Shown: in pieces, positions 29,201 to 39,854 of the stretch
Numbering within the stretch: the stretch's first letter is position 1
How the letters are laid out: each line of letters opens with the position of its first letter
Virus record (IMG/VR): IMGVR_UViG_3300025860_000003
Location: 69,056-133,055 of that record
Origin: a virus
Direction: 5' to 3' (one strand)
Length of the DNA: 64,000 nucleotides
The notes under the pieces: generated by a model
What the model was told of the DNA's origin: nothing
The model's database searches: none
What the model saw: only the letters and a program-made list of their open reading frames with translations
Made by a program: the position numbers and the translations under genes

Positions 29201-32173
29201 TCGATTATTTTCTCGTTCAAGGTTCACTTGATAATCGTAACGACCATAATATGTTGCCGCTTCTGGAGAAAGTGATGGGTATCCAGGAATGGTTATTGTC
29301 CCCAATAACATAGCCTGTGGGTCAGCTGTCGGTGCTACAGGAGTCTCATCGGGAATACCAGTTTTAATATCAAACAGACCATTCGGACGAAGAGCCACAA
29401 TATCTATGCGTGGGAGATAAACGTCAACGTCAGCTTGGAAGTTTTGGTCTGGAGTTGGCGGGTATACGCCATGTGTCCCGTGAACAGCAAACACAGATGG
29501 TGCTGCTGGGTTGGAAGGAATTCCAGTTAGATCTGCTTTTGGCTCACACGTATTGGCTTGTGCTGGACGGAAATCGACGCTGTCTCTCAGATCATATTCA
29601 GTACCATCTGAAGATACAAACAATGGAATTTCTGGTGTGGCGATCTTCGATGCGTTTGCTGCGTCAGCATCATCTACTGGATATGAGTCGACTGTGGTGA
29701 AGCCAATACCGCCAGAGGTATTTCTAGAGAACCAGCTGAACTTAGCAAGAATTCCTTTTTCGGTCGTATTAAGTGCACCCGAGGTAGCTGATGATTTCTT
29801 GACTAATCTTGAACCGCCATAAAAGCCGTCGCGTTGACCGTCATCCAGCTCAAAGTATTGGAGGGATTCAACACCGTTAGTGAGATTAACATTAGTGTCG
29901 CCCATCAACACAGATTCAAGTTTCCATGCATCAGAGACACCAAGATCCCATGGACCATCCGCTAATGCAGGATGAGAAGCTGTATCAATTTTGACATACT
30001 TGCTCTTATGTACTTCTTTGCTTTCAGGTACTGCTTCAGAACGCAAGACATCAAAGTATACTTGGACATCGAATTGTGACACAAACGTTCGCTGTAGATC
30101 AATTGCGTGAGAAGTAGATCCGCCAGTAATTGTACCTTTAAACTGTGTGTCGAAAATATGACCAGCAGGGAACTGTTGGGTGATGACACCACTTGGAGTA
30201 CCATTACCTCCAGCGACCGTAATTGAGGTGGCGCTGTTGATTGCCGTGACCCTTAGTGTAGTTGTAACACCAGATGCGCATGTAAAGAAGTCGCCTACAG
30301 TTAGTTCGGCATCGAATGCAGTATTAGTACCTGTTAGAGTGCCTGTGCCGCCGCTGATAGATCCTGCGGTGATAGTTCCTGATAAGGTAACTGTCGCTGT
30401 TTCTTTGGCTACAACTATGACATTTCTTTCGTCTGGAGCTGTCAAAGCGCCTGTGTCATTCATTGTGTCTGTGCCGCCAGTAGCTGCGGCTGGGCGAGTT
30501 ATTGTAACTTGACCATTCGTTCCTACGTTACCATCTGCTTCTTTTCGAGTTACATATTGCGTTTCTGCTTGAACAAGAGTCTTAACACCTTTGCTCTGAA
30601 TAGGAAATACTAGTTTGGCGAAAGATGCATCTTGAACCTTAGCATTACCGTCCAGCTCAAGAACAACGTCAGCAAATGAGTGGCTTCCTGAACCCAGCGA
30701 GTCAGCAACATATAATGAGCGGACATCTTTGAATGCTTTGTCAGCCACCATTTGAATGTCAGTAATATATATTCTAAACTTGCCAGCTGATGTTCCTGAT
30801 TGCCCCTCATGCCATTGCATTCCACGAATCTTAGCCGAACCGATTAAAGTGCCAGCAACAGAGTGGTCATTAAACGCAACAGTACTGATAACATTTTGAG
30901 GCGATGCGTAGAATTTCACTTCTTGTAGGTCTGTAAAGTTCCAGATGCCCATAACCTCATCACATATGAGGTAGTTACCAATACCTTGTCCAACAACAAC
31001 ATTTTCACGTCTAGCAAACGTATTTGCTTTTGATATGCTTTGTCTGATTTTATCAGTTGTTTCTATTCTGTAACCTTGAACATAACCTACAGATGGATCA
31101 ACCTCAACAACTAATTTTGATGCATCACCTTGTTCTGTAAGACTAGCTTCGTTATCAGCCTCAGTAGAAAGATATGTGCCGCCTGTGACACCATCATTTA
31201 AATGCTCGTCTACAGTCAGGACGAATGGTTCGATAGAATAATCGCCAGATTCTTCATATGTTCTTTTGGCAAGTTCATCAGCTATCCCAGAGAATTGGCC
31301 ATCGGTGTAGTTGCGTATGATGCGACCTTCTTGAATATCAAATAGCGGAATAAATCCAGTTGTTTCTGTCACGCCTGTATCTACTAATGGGCGTGTAGCG
31401 ATTGTTGGAGTCAGCTTTAATCTTGACGCTCCAGGAGCAGAGAAATTCGTAGATCCTGACGCATTATCGAGAAGCGAAGAATCTTGGAATGAATCGATGA
31501 TGAATTCTTTTGTCTCTAGACCAACACGTATGCTTGGGAGTGATTCATATTTGCTCGCGACTTTCGCCTGCTCGCTCACCTTGATGAAGTTGCCTTTGTG
31601 GAAAATTGTACCAGCACTAACGTGTGCGCCAGTACCAGTGCCAGCTGCAGCCGAAGCAATAGTGGTGGTGGTCGCAATAACCGCACTGTCAGAAATACGA
31701 GTGAATGTTAACTCTTCATTGTCGGCAAAAGTCTTTGTTGCGCCATCTGTTCCTGAGTTCGTATATGACACGAAAACCGTCAAGTAATCAGGCGCTGCAG
31801 TTTCAGAACCGTCAACAGCGTCAAGCAATCTTGCGGTAACACCTGATGTGGCACCACTAATAATCACATCTTCAATAGCACCAGCGGTATCGAAAAATTG
31901 TGTAAGGACAATAACAGCATTAGCGGCATTCTTGTCATTTAGTTTCACATATGACCAGACTTGAGCTTGAGCATTACACCCATCAATTACTGTTCCGTCC
32001 TTGTATACATCAACACCAAACCGTTCTATTTGATTTTGAAGGATAGATTGGATTTGTGTCAGCTCTCTCGCCTGAACTGCATATCCAGGTCTAAACAACA
32101 CACGATGAAAGTTCTTAGTCTCATCGAAGTCATCGAAAAAAGGACTCTGGTTTAGGTTTGTTTCGATAGTCAT
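26285..32173 (-). CDS. large baseplate/virion structural protein (DUF4815 / VrlC-like)
   Basis: NLNQSPFFDDF..KNFHRVLFRPGYAVQARELTQIQSILQNQI, APGASRLK, LAKRTYEESGDY and LRDSVDFRP motifs. Confidence 0.9.
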   Translation of the reverse strand: MTIETNLNQSPFFDDFDETKNFHRVLFRPGYAVQARELTQIQSILQNQIERFGVDVYKDGTVIDGCNAQAQVWSYVKLNDKNAANAVIVLTQFFDTAGAIEDVIISGATSGVTARLLDAVDGSETAAPDYLTVFVSYTNSGTDGATKTFADNEELTFTRISDSAVIATTTTIASAAAGTGTGAHVSAGTIFHKGNFIKVSEQAKVASKYESLPSIRVGLETKEFIIDSFQDSSLLDNASGSTNFSAPGASRLKLTPTIATRPLVDTGVTETTGFIPLFDIQEGRIIRNYTDGQFSGIADELAKRTYEESGDYSIEPFVLTVDEHLNDGVTGGTYLSTEADNEASLTEQGDASKLVVEVDPSVGYVQGYRIETTDKIRQSISKANTFARRENVVVGQGIGNYLICDEVMGIWNFTDLQEVKFYASPQNVISTVAFNDHSVAGTLIGSAKIRGMQWHEGQSGTSAGKFRIYITDIQMVADKAFKDVRSLYVADSLGSGSHSFADVVLELDGNAKVQDASFAKLVFPIQSKGVKTLVQAETQYVTRKEADGNVGTNGQVTITRPAAATGGTDTMNDTGALTAPDERNVIVVAKETATVTLSGTITAGSISGGTGTLTGTNTAFDAELTVGDFFTCASGVTTTLRVTAINSATSITVAGGNGTPSGVITQQFPAGHIFDTQFKGTITGGSTSHAIDLQRTFVSQFDVQVYFDVLRSEAVPESKEVHKSKYVKIDTASHPALADGPWDLGVSDAWKLESVLMGDTNVNLTNGVESLQYFELDDGQRDGFYGGSRLVKKSSATSGALNTTEKGILAKFSWFSRNTSGGIGFTTVDSYPVDDADAANASKIATPEIPLFVSSDGTEYDLRDSVDFRPAQANTCEPKADLTGIPSNPAAPSVFAVHGTHGVYPPTPDQNFQADVDVYLPRIDIVALRPNGLFDIKTGIPDETPVAPTADPQAMLLGTITIPGYPSLSPEAATYYGRYDYQVNLERENNRRYTMEDLREMDGDLEKTKEQVEINKLDIEALKISVLRVDDAADAVEPPKEVVIVNPKPVERYYNTLRSGDFISESSPIRPIPKMKDIDLEVRAGSLSNVRQGSIFKRLFRQNFHKSMLSQVFGTKRLPIIEKTTTPIQVFNGRMTLSHSICHITQTPSSVNSNTLTRMLSDYKKAGIDYTGLAEFSDLSGISRSRSANDYVIAAHKPITVTCTGLKPSTKVWPRFDGRDVTKYTKLAGQKKGKSYLMTDSTGKLTFEFFLPNDSTMKFRGLKHLLEVSDVQPPIVSGISSGKNGSTTRCGQYYLAPSKRSRGLDPKSVQKNITNLVLSELSADKTQTNVSIKEIPQELPDFLSQVFIVPSSKIDGVFCHHIRLFFAKASSDTSSSVLLQIREVDRAGGPTNVLVSQSQPISQAEIAAAASTVTNATPVEFDFDERPFLTSGKAYAFTVIPTDSKDEYELWTGVRNQPDVVTNKSAYGVPGLGDLFSSATGNNWAKLPNEALKFDIRQNSFTKSAVATFELDNSDTEFLNVNAITPFGPSTATTGFQTDEIVRGTCLMTITHDAAVTIVAGDALKSKVAKNVPDYDAFINTNTDTTTWADGTVRSVVSEPSTTSTIVQIDAFGNFPTSTANTHSTLFRNNVNIGVASAFTANTVQGKVSFLNTDYGRIRLSDSTGSTSHGFGATEYIRGQERGAGALITEVANIDIDAITINAPIFTPKFTKIDWQMKTTSLAGVTDTAFSSVQPNKRVVFAKDQKRIYSASNRDTKSLLIKGTMTTTDIRVGPTVDINDASVSVEQERISATPGNEQFPAGDASARYISQVVPASRPEGGAGEKFFFAVRGYMPKEGGVTVYVRARNENDPEPIEDKIFTQCEDYYTRPAEQSTLGDSTSSTTKLFRLFSTTAATGFATTNKLFENTDDTKIIAYESKDGSRYSGIDYIQYKIVLTRPDGKGRDYTPSIHNLTSVTHKRPV

Positions 32174-32185
32174 TTATTTTTGCCC

Positions 32186-33988
32186 TTAAAAATCTAGTAT
32201 TATTTTAATGTCTTCTGTTTGATCTGTAGTTCTATCAACAGTGGATATGTTTTCTGTATAAAGTATTTCACCAGAGAAAGTATTTGCTTCTGGACCAGTT
32301 ATGTCTTCTATGCTCGCAATAGTAGTCGCATCACTCCCCGCTTTGAGGATAAAGTCATCTTTGACGAATGGAGTGTAATTTCCATAACTGTTAACGTTAT
32401 TTAGATATAATGTATAGAACGATGTATCAGATTTAGTCTCATCATCTTTAATAAGAACGATATTCGCATTTGCTGCTTTAAGAGCATTTGCCATAGCATT
32501 ATTGTTTCTGTCAACTTCACTAAGATCTGTCACAAACTCAAGCGTTCCAAGAGCAGCTTTACTTCTGTTTCTTTCATTAGTTATAGACTGACCAGCAACA
32601 AGTGGGTTGATTGGAATATCATCCGCTATACTCTCATATGATATTGATGCGCGAGTTGTAAGCCTTAAAGTTGCAGGACTATTTATGCTCTTGGCTACTA
32701 CTTCTGTGCCATCTGCTAGTGCTGCATTATTCTCGTCAACTTTTAAGATAGGATCTTTGAGAACACTTACTGTTCTGAATGTAGTGCCTACAGGGATGTA
32801 CCCTGCACCAGTAGCAGAAACGCCCTCAACATCTTTGAATAATACGTTCAACCCCACTTTATCACCGCCAAGCTCTCGCACAGGATCAGAGCCATGACCG
32901 CCCATAGGGGAGATGATAACGTTTGCTGTTGCGCCTGAACCGTGTGATGGGTTTGCAGTAACCAAAGCCTCTGCTTGTGTGTATTTAGTTCCGATATTGA
33001 TAAGTTCGATACTTGCGACACTACCACTCAGATCATCCGCTAATCTACTGTATGCCAGCGCACCATTGCCATCTCCAATAATTGTAACAGTTGGGGATAT
33101 TATGATTTTAGAATCCGAAGCAGGTATTGTGGCGAATGCAGTATTGACAGAAAGTGTTCTTGTCGAACCGTTATAGTCTGTAATCCTGCGCAGCTGCCCT
33201 GAACCAGTTCCTGATGTAACATACACGCTAGAACCATTATAGATGTCATCACCAGTATCAATTGAAACCTCTGATGATGGCGAAACCGTCAGCGTCAATG
33301 TAGTCGCAGTTGACACAGGCGCATCAAATACCTCCTCATAATCAACTCCAATAGTGTTCACTTCAATGACCTGAATTGCACCATCTACCGCAGCATTCTG
33401 AACGGCTAGAAGTCTATCAGATTCTGTTGATGTGTCGGATGCCGTTATCGTTTTAACAGGCATGTGTGTCGAAGTCATGAATTTATCAGAGTCACCTAAT
33501 GAAACTGTGTACATGTATTTCCATGTATATCCATCAGAAGCAGTAAACGGGAGAGTTGAAAATCCAGTAGGCTTAACTGTAGATACTGCGCCGCTATTGT
33601 TGTTCAGACATTTGTAGATATTTAATTGGTCAGTGACAACATAGAATGGTTGTTTCGTAGGATCGTACGGATCAATAGTCGTGTGTTTGTACATGGCATA
33701 AATCGTACCACTAACCCAGTTATGTCTTGTGACAACATGGGAAACATCTGCTGGTGTAATTCTCTTCGCACCAAACATCTCGCGCTTAACTTTAAAGTGC
33801 TTGGTTGCAATGTTTCTTTCTGGTTCGCTCGGATTAGGCTCGTCAGACCACACATTACTGTTTCCGATACACGCATAGAGGATAGCAGACTTTTTCACTG
33901 ATACGGTGTCAGTCTCATTCACAGCAGCGATAAATGCCTTTGCATTATTGATCGACAATTCTTTGGTTGGATATGTGTATGTTGGCAT
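32186..33988 (-). CDS. gp8: baseplate wedge subunit
   Basis: NWVSGTIY, FYVVT...IYKCLNNN, DGYTWKYMY, GHGSDPVRELG and EDIKIILDF motifs. Confidence 0.88.
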   Translation of the reverse strand: MPTYTYPTKELSINNAKAFIAAVNETDTVSVKKSAILYACIGNSNVWSDEPNPSEPERNIATKHFKVKREMFGAKRITPADVSHVVTRHNWVSGTIYAMYKHTTIDPYDPTKQPFYVVTDQLNIYKCLNNNSGAVSTVKPTGFSTLPFTASDGYTWKYMYTVSLGDSDKFMTSTHMPVKTITASDTSTESDRLLAVQNAAVDGAIQVIEVNTIGVDYEEVFDAPVSTATTLTLTVSPSSEVSIDTGDDIYNGSSVYVTSGTGSGQLRRITDYNGSTRTLSVNTAFATIPASDSKIIISPTVTIIGDGNGALAYSRLADDLSGSVASIELINIGTKYTQAEALVTANPSHGSGATANVIISPMGGHGSDPVRELGGDKVGLNVLFKDVEGVSATGAGYIPVGTTFRTVSVLKDPILKVDENNAALADGTEVVAKSINSPATLRLTTRASISYESIADDIPINPLVAGQSITNERNRSKAALGTLEFVTDLSEVDRNNNAMANALKAANANIVLIKDDETKSDTSFYTLYLNNVNSYGNYTPFVKDDFILKAGSDATTIASIEDITGPEANTFSGEILYTENISTVDRTTDQTEDIKIILDF

Positions 33989-33993
33989 CTAAC

Positions 33994-36900
33994 TTATTGT
34001 CCTGTTATGTAATATGCTTTAGCCGATGATATGCTCGTATTCGACCATGTCACATGCGTTGTTGCTTGCGTTGCACTCGATACTATATTTAGTGGAAGTC
34101 TATAGTACTGATTGGCAGAAACTTCCAATATAAATACGCCACCATTAATAAATTCATTCTGCATATCGCTGTTAACACCAATAATGTTTTGACTGCCGTT
34201 GGCGATCGAGAATGTGCCAGTAGCTTGAATCCGTGTTACGTTATTGGCTGTGACTACAACGTCAGCAGCAATGTCAGAACTTGATTGATATTGTCCAAAC
34301 AAGTTCTGTCCCGCTGGATGTGCAAGGTCTAATACAACATCTCTATATCTTTGTAAACTTAAAGGTGTCGCTATCTCGTATGAGAATTCTTGATACTTAT
34401 TGCTATCTTGTATGATTCCTCGCTTTGTAGAAACGTGACTTCTAGAGCTAGAATAATATCCTTCAGAGTTGGCTACATTCTGTAGCGTCAGATTCGCCAG
34501 TGCTTGCGTTGAGTCCGTTCTGCCTGACTCGGCAAAGCGCACGAGTTCATTCTGCTCATGTGAGAATCCTGAATCAACTACACGGACACCAGTTATCGTG
34601 CCGTCAGCGCCTATGTCTGCACGAACCGATGCGTTATCACCTAACACGCCCCTATCAACAATCTTCACAATCTTTGCTGATCCAGTTGCAGTTGGCGTTC
34701 TGGCATCTATAGTTCCAGGAACATACTCAGAGCCGTGGATATTTATTGCTACTGTTGTATTATTGGCAAAACTTATGTTTCCAGGACTTCTCTGTAACAT
34801 CTTCTGCCAGACGCGAATCGTTGTTTCATAAGTTCCATTAGCATGAGCAATTGTAGCTGGAACATTGCTCCCTATCACACCACCTTTAATATCACCGCTT
34901 GCGCCAGTAGATGTTTGTGCGACTGCATCATTAGTGTCTAACACTGTTACTTGCGAATCGCCTGTATTCCAATTGACATTATCAGTCTGTAGTGTGATAT
35001 ACTGCTCGCCAATACCTAATGCAGCAATGTCATTCTCTCTGACAATAACGTCTGGAGCGACAGTAAATCCAGTACCGCCAATACGGTTTGATAATCTGTC
35101 GATAGATCCGAATATGCTATTCTTAAAGATAAGTGAATCACTCAAAGAAGTGTAAGCGTTCTCATATGCAGTATTGGATGTTGTGTATGCAACATTGCCG
35201 ACTATTGTGGCAGAACCTGTTTTTGCTACACCTTCACCTTCTTTGAATCCTTGGAATGGACCAGTCTGGAACTGGTGTGCTATTGCTGATGTTGTGTTAG
35301 AAGTGACTCTCGCTTTAACTAAGTTCCTATACACCCCACCCTTACCATATGCTGCATTGGTCAATGCAGGAGAGAATGCTGGTGTTACTGTAATTTCATT
35401 TGCGCCATTTACTGCGGTGACTCTTCGACTAGTCTGTTCGCCTGCTTTGATAGCATCATGCTTTGCTAAATTGACGCCAACATTTGTTCCTGTTACTGTT
35501 GTTCCGCTACTGCTGATTGTTCCTGACTGAACTGTATTGGCGAGAGGCAAATGTTCATATCCTCCAGGAGTATCAGAGATAACATGCTTAACAACACCGA
35601 AAGAATATAATTCGTCTCCAGTTATTGCTGAGTCTGCAGTGTTAGCTGTATTAGGCTCATCACCAACAAACTCATCTCCTGCCACAACAGTTGTTCCTGC
35701 ATTGTTAGCAAATTCAACTAGATGGTATCCGATAGTATTTGCATGGAAGGTTGTGACCTTACCCATGTTTGTGCCTGAGTTTTTCTCTGAGTTGGTCTTG
35801 AAAACAAATTCGCCTGTACCAGTTGTATCAGTATCTTGCTTTCTTTGATATGCAGTCAGATAACCCTCTTCTTGCTGAGCGCCCCAAATAGATGCGCCAG
35901 ATACACCATCACCAGTATATTGAAATCCACTAGAACCCATAGTAGTTGATGATTGAAGTCCAATGCGCCATCCAGTGGTGCTATTAGGATTAGTCCTGCT
36001 AGAACATCTCCACCAACCGTTGCCTGCAGGTTCTATCTTAGTGTCTGTCCACTGAGTTCCTGCGTGAACAACTGTACCATCAACAATATCGAATATAGGA
36101 TAGTTGGCACCCCTACTTAGTCCTCTGTAACACAGATATCTCTTAGACCCTGCGACAATCGGTTTAGCATACACAGAATATGTGTAGTATACACTGCCGT
36201 CGACCACACCGACCAGAGCAGAATTCTTAACACCAAGATAATGGTCTGTGTTTGTATCTGTGCTTTCTATAAGGTTCTCAGCGGTTGTTGTACCATCTGG
36301 CGCAACAACGTCATTTGATGTCGGAACATCAGACCTAGATGAAGTCCAGTGATCAGTCTCTTGTATTTCTTCAGAGTCATTGAGCATATTTCTGATAGAA
36401 GAAGTGAATAGACCGAATGTGTCTACTTCTAATACTGCAGCGCCATCAGCCGATGATGCTCCAATTGCAACAATAGTGCCATTGGCATATGATGAGCTGC
36501 CATATATCTTATCACCAACTGCAAAAGCAGCGCCAGTATTGGCAACCAAAAGTCTTGCGTCTTTGTTATCTCTATAATGTTCGTTATCAACTTCTTCTTC
36601 GAGTTCTGGGAAGCCGAGAGTTGGAGCGCCAATAATCGTATGTTGGAGTGTCGACATTAAATTATTGGTGTTTGTGCCATCAGTAACTGTAGGAGCAAGT
36701 GTGCCGAATATGTTATTACTAGCAATCAAGTTGGTGTTCATTGAAATGGCAAAAGTGTCTGTGAGATCACCAAGACCGATTTGAAAAGATCCAGGAGTAA
36801 TACCGTCACCTGCGATAACTGACCCGATGCTGACCGTTGTGCCGCCAACCTGACTGTCTGCGAATCCCGCAGTATAACCTGAACCGCCATCTAAGATACT

Positions 36901-37680
36901 AAATGTCAACGCACCACCAAGGTTGACTGTTTCTGTCACAACAACCTTACCAAACGCACCAGTCTTTTCTGAGATTATGTCAACAATGTCGCCAGCAGCA
37001 TATTGTGCTCCAGCGTCTTGAATAGTAATTTTAGAGATACCAGCTTCAACGGTGATCGTATGTCCTGACAAATTAGCATCGGAAGCGAGAGAGACAACTT
37101 CTAAATGGTTGAATGACCCTTTAACATTCGAGACATTGATCTGCATCAAGTCTCTGCCGTTTATAACACGACCAACCACATCTTCGACAAGAGCTTCAGC
37201 TTTTGATTCAGCACCACGAATTGTTTTGCCGATAAGCGCATAGTTCTTTTTGTTGTGTGTCGTAACAAGATAGCGATCTAAGTTCCAATCACCGTCCGAA
37301 ACCTTGAGCATCTGATCCGCAGGATAGTTTATCTCTACAGGCTCATCGTAAATTGCTCTGAATAATAGCTTGTATGAGGCGATTGTCCCTCTAGAACTAT
37401 TATAATTTTTTATGTATTTCGCTAACAGCTTCTTATCAGAAGCGACATTATACGGAACCGATGGCAATAAAGTTTCTTGGAAGTGTGTCAAATACTCATC
37501 AAGAGTTGTATTGATGTTACGATAATCTTCTAAATTCTGTATGGCGTCAGTCAGCTTACCGTTCTGTTCCATGTATTCATAATACGCTTCCACAAAGGCA
37601 AGAAAGTTCTCACCCTCTTCTTTATAGAAGTCTGGAAACTGATTCGCGACAACAGCTGATAGTTTCGATTTTATAGTCAT
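33994..37680 (-). CDS. gp7: baseplate wedge initiator (gp7-like) with inserted domain
   Basis: QFPDFY...FVEAYYEY, SRGTIASYKLLFR..Y and C-terminal IQDSNKYQEFSY...AHPAG motifs. Located between gp6 and gp8. Confidence 0.78.
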   Translation of the reverse strand: MTIKSKLSAVVANQFPDFYKEEGENFLAFVEAYYEYMEQNGKLTDAIQNLEDYRNINTTLDEYLTHFQETLLPSVPYNVASDKKLLAKYIKNYNSSRGTIASYKLLFRAIYDEPVEINYPADQMLKVSDGDWNLDRYLVTTHNKKNYALIGKTIRGAESKAEALVEDVVGRVINGRDLMQINVSNVKGSFNHLEVVSLASDANLSGHTITVEAGISKITIQDAGAQYAAGDIVDIISEKTGAFGKVVVTETVNLGGALTFSILDGGSGYTAGFADSQVGGTTVSIGSVIAGDGITPGSFQIGLGDLTDTFAISMNTNLIASNNIFGTLAPTVTDGTNTNNLMSTLQHTIIGAPTLGFPELEEEVDNEHYRDNKDARLLVANTGAAFAVGDKIYGSSSYANGTIVAIGASSADGAAVLEVDTFGLFTSSIRNMLNDSEEIQETDHWTSSRSDVPTSNDVVAPDGTTTAENLIESTDTNTDHYLGVKNSALVGVVDGSVYYTYSVYAKPIVAGSKRYLCYRGLSRGANYPIFDIVDGTVVHAGTQWTDTKIEPAGNGWWRCSSRTNPNSTTGWRIGLQSSTTMGSSGFQYTGDGVSGASIWGAQQEEGYLTAYQRKQDTDTTGTGEFVFKTNSEKNSGTNMGKVTTFHANTIGYHLVEFANNAGTTVVAGDEFVGDEPNTANTADSAITGDELYSFGVVKHVISDTPGGYEHLPLANTVQSGTISSSGTTVTGTNVGVNLAKHDAIKAGEQTSRRVTAVNGANEITVTPAFSPALTNAAYGKGGVYRNLVKARVTSNTTSAIAHQFQTGPFQGFKEGEGVAKTGSATIVGNVAYTTSNTAYENAYTSLSDSLIFKNSIFGSIDRLSNRIGGTGFTVAPDVIVRENDIAALGIGEQYITLQTDNVNWNTGDSQVTVLDTNDAVAQTSTGASGDIKGGVIGSNVPATIAHANGTYETTIRVWQKMLQRSPGNISFANNTTVAINIHGSEYVPGTIDARTPTATGSAKIVKIVDRGVLGDNASVRADIGADGTITGVRVVDSGFSHEQNELVRFAESGRTDSTQALANLTLQNVANSEGYYSSSRSHVSTKRGIIQDSNKYQEFSYEIATPLSLQRYRDVVLDLAHPAGQNLFGQYQSSSDIAADVVVTANNVTRIQATGTFSIANGSQNIIGVNSDMQNEFINGGVFILEVSANQYYRLPLNIVSSATQATTHVTWSNTSISSAKAYYITGQ

Positions 37681-39449
37681 TAACCTTGCTCGCCGTATAC
37701 ATTTATCGTAGCGTCGGAGGAATTCATAAGCAATATTTGCTCTCTCACCGAATTAATATCAAAATTCTCTGGCTTGGCTGAAACTTTGATTTGTATGTCA
37801 GCATATGCTGTCGGTGCAAAGTTTGTGATAACAATCTCACCTGTAGTATAATTTACTGTTCCTGCAATGTCGACGATCGTGACTTTGACGTTAGTGTCAC
37901 TGTATCTGAAGATTGTGGCGTTTCCTGCCCCATCATCACCAAGATATGCAGAGAATCCATTATAAGTGAACTCGGTTGACTCGACAGTTGATGGTCTCAG
38001 CTCATTCTGGAAAGACAACAAAACGTTTTCCGCAACATTGACGTTAGGAACAAACCTTTTCTGAACTTTAATAGCAGCATCATTATTTAAGATTGTTGTA
38101 GAAGTGTTGTCGAGCGCACGAACAAACCGTGAATATCGCAGCTTATTACCGAATCGCTCTAAGTTAGTTGAAGCAAAAGAGTCGATTGAATCCCGAATCA
38201 TCTGCTCCACACTGCTTAATGACAATGTGGTTCTTGTAGTGTCATAGTATGTGGATATTGTCGGGATCAAGTACACATAATCAGCATCAATGATCACGGG
38301 ATCAATGGCTAGTGGCGCTCTGGTTTTAATTGATTCGCAGATCGCCTGCTTTCTTGTTGCTGTAGCAAACTGCTCATCAAACGGTTTGACCGCAATATAA
38401 ACTTTACCATAAGCAGGTGGTGTTGCTTCTTCACCGCCATAAGAAATAACAGACTGGAGGTCTGGGTTTTCACTTAATAATATTCTTTGATAGTCATTAG
38501 CAACAACGGCACGGTTTTGTGTCTGGAAGTTTCTAGGAGCATTGAACTTTATTGAATCGACACCCTCTTGACTTCTGCCGCCTGCAGCGTTCTTAGTCAC
38601 TGCAGTGATCGTGGCTGTTGGCGTTGGTGTTAGACCTGTGGAGATACTTTCAACAGAGAACGTATTTGCACCATTAGTAGCAGCACCGCTACATACGAGA
38701 TATGACGCTTTGATGATATTGCCTGATTTAATAGATTTACCAAGACCGCCTTGCCCAAACACCAACTCATATTTTTTGTCGCTCGCTTCCTCAAGGAAGA
38801 ATACTGGAGACGTTTCAAAAACCTGATTGATATTTGTTGCTCTAGTGAACTCAGTCACTGTGCTATCTGCAGCTGATTCTTGGACGCTTACAGTGATGCT
38901 TGTAGTATCTACGCCGTTGTTTGGAATAACATATCGAACTGGATTAGAAGCACTTGCCGTCCACGCATGCGTGAGTGGCTCGCCCTCTTTAATCGTGATC
39001 GTTTTAGAGAAAGTTCCTGCCGCACTCTGGTCAATCTTTTCCACTTGAGGTGTCACATATGTGTATGTAACATCATCAATAGATGTAGTGAACTTTGAGT
39101 TCTTTGGTACAGTGAACTGAGGAACACTAGCAGCAACGCCAGTGAAGTTCAGTGTCACATCAGCCGTTGCGCCGATAGCAGAAATAGGAACGTATCCTAA
39201 TTCCTTTGCTCTCGATACTACAGAATCACGCTGCTGGGCTGTGTCTAAGAACATCTCGTTACCGATCATGTTCAAGTAATATGCATTGTAGTGCGTATTA
39301 TATGCCAAGACATCAAGAAGAACTGACATAGCAGATCCTTCAAAGTCATAGTCCTTGAACTGTGATTGGGTGCTGAGATATGTCTGAAGATTGGTGCGGA
39401 TATCCGCAAAATCTAATTCAGTAACTTGTAAATATGTATTTGCTGCCAT
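37680..39449 (-). CDS. gp6: baseplate wedge subunit
   Basis: ELDFADI, DYDFEGS..SVLLDVLAYNTHYNA, QNRAVVANDY and YGKVYIAVKP motifs. Confidence 0.96.
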   Translation of the reverse strand: MAANTYLQVTELDFADIRTNLQTYLSTQSQFKDYDFEGSAMSVLLDVLAYNTHYNAYYLNMIGNEMFLDTAQQRDSVVSRAKELGYVPISAIGATADVTLNFTGVAASVPQFTVPKNSKFTTSIDDVTYTYVTPQVEKIDQSAAGTFSKTITIKEGEPLTHAWTASASNPVRYVIPNNGVDTTSITVSVQESAADSTVTEFTRATNINQVFETSPVFFLEEASDKKYELVFGQGGLGKSIKSGNIIKASYLVCSGAATNGANTFSVESISTGLTPTPTATITAVTKNAAGGRSQEGVDSIKFNAPRNFQTQNRAVVANDYQRILLSENPDLQSVISYGGEEATPPAYGKVYIAVKPFDEQFATATRKQAICESIKTRAPLAIDPVIIDADYVYLIPTISTYYDTTRTTLSLSSVEQMIRDSIDSFASTNLERFGNKLRYSRFVRALDNTSTTILNNDAAIKVQKRFVPNVNVAENVLLSFQNELRPSTVESTEFTYNGFSAYLGDDGAGNATIFRYSDTNVKVTIVDIAGTVNYTTGEIVITNFAPTAYADIQIKVSAKPENFDINSVREQILLMNSSDATINVYGEQG

Positions 39450-39844
39450 TACCTGACTCTTTCTAGTATAACGTCTAATACGACTGGTTCTGGATCGTTG
39501 AGTACCATAAATGCTACTGATACAGTCAACATGTGTTTTTCTCTGTTTTCTTCAACTAACACCTCAATCACATCAGCACGTGGCTCATAGTTCTTTATGA
39601 CCTCGCGAATCGCAGATTCCATTTGCTGTTTTACTGCTGCGGTGAATAGTTCGAATAAGTAATATCGAATACTACAACCAATGTTTGATTTGAACGGTCG
39701 CTCAAAGTAATCTGTGAGTATCAATGACTTGACTGATTGTCTAACTGCTTCTCTGTTAGTCTTGCGTGTGAGCGCCCCAGTCTTTGGGTGTGCGAAGAAC
39801 CCAAGACCGATGTCACTAAACAATTCTTTTTTAGTCTCTGCCAT
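39449..39844 (-). CDS. gp25: baseplate wedge subunit (GPW/gp25)
   Basis: AVRQSVKSLILT..FERPF...G...YLFE...IKNYEPR motif. Confidence 0.93.
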   Translation of the reverse strand: MAETKKELFSDIGLGFFAHPKTGALTRKTNREAVRQSVKSLILTDYFERPFKSNIGCSIRYYLFELFTAAVKQQMESAIREVIKNYEPRADVIEVLVEENREKHMLTVSVAFMVLNDPEPVVLDVILERVR

Positions 39845-39854
39845 TTCTCTCTAC

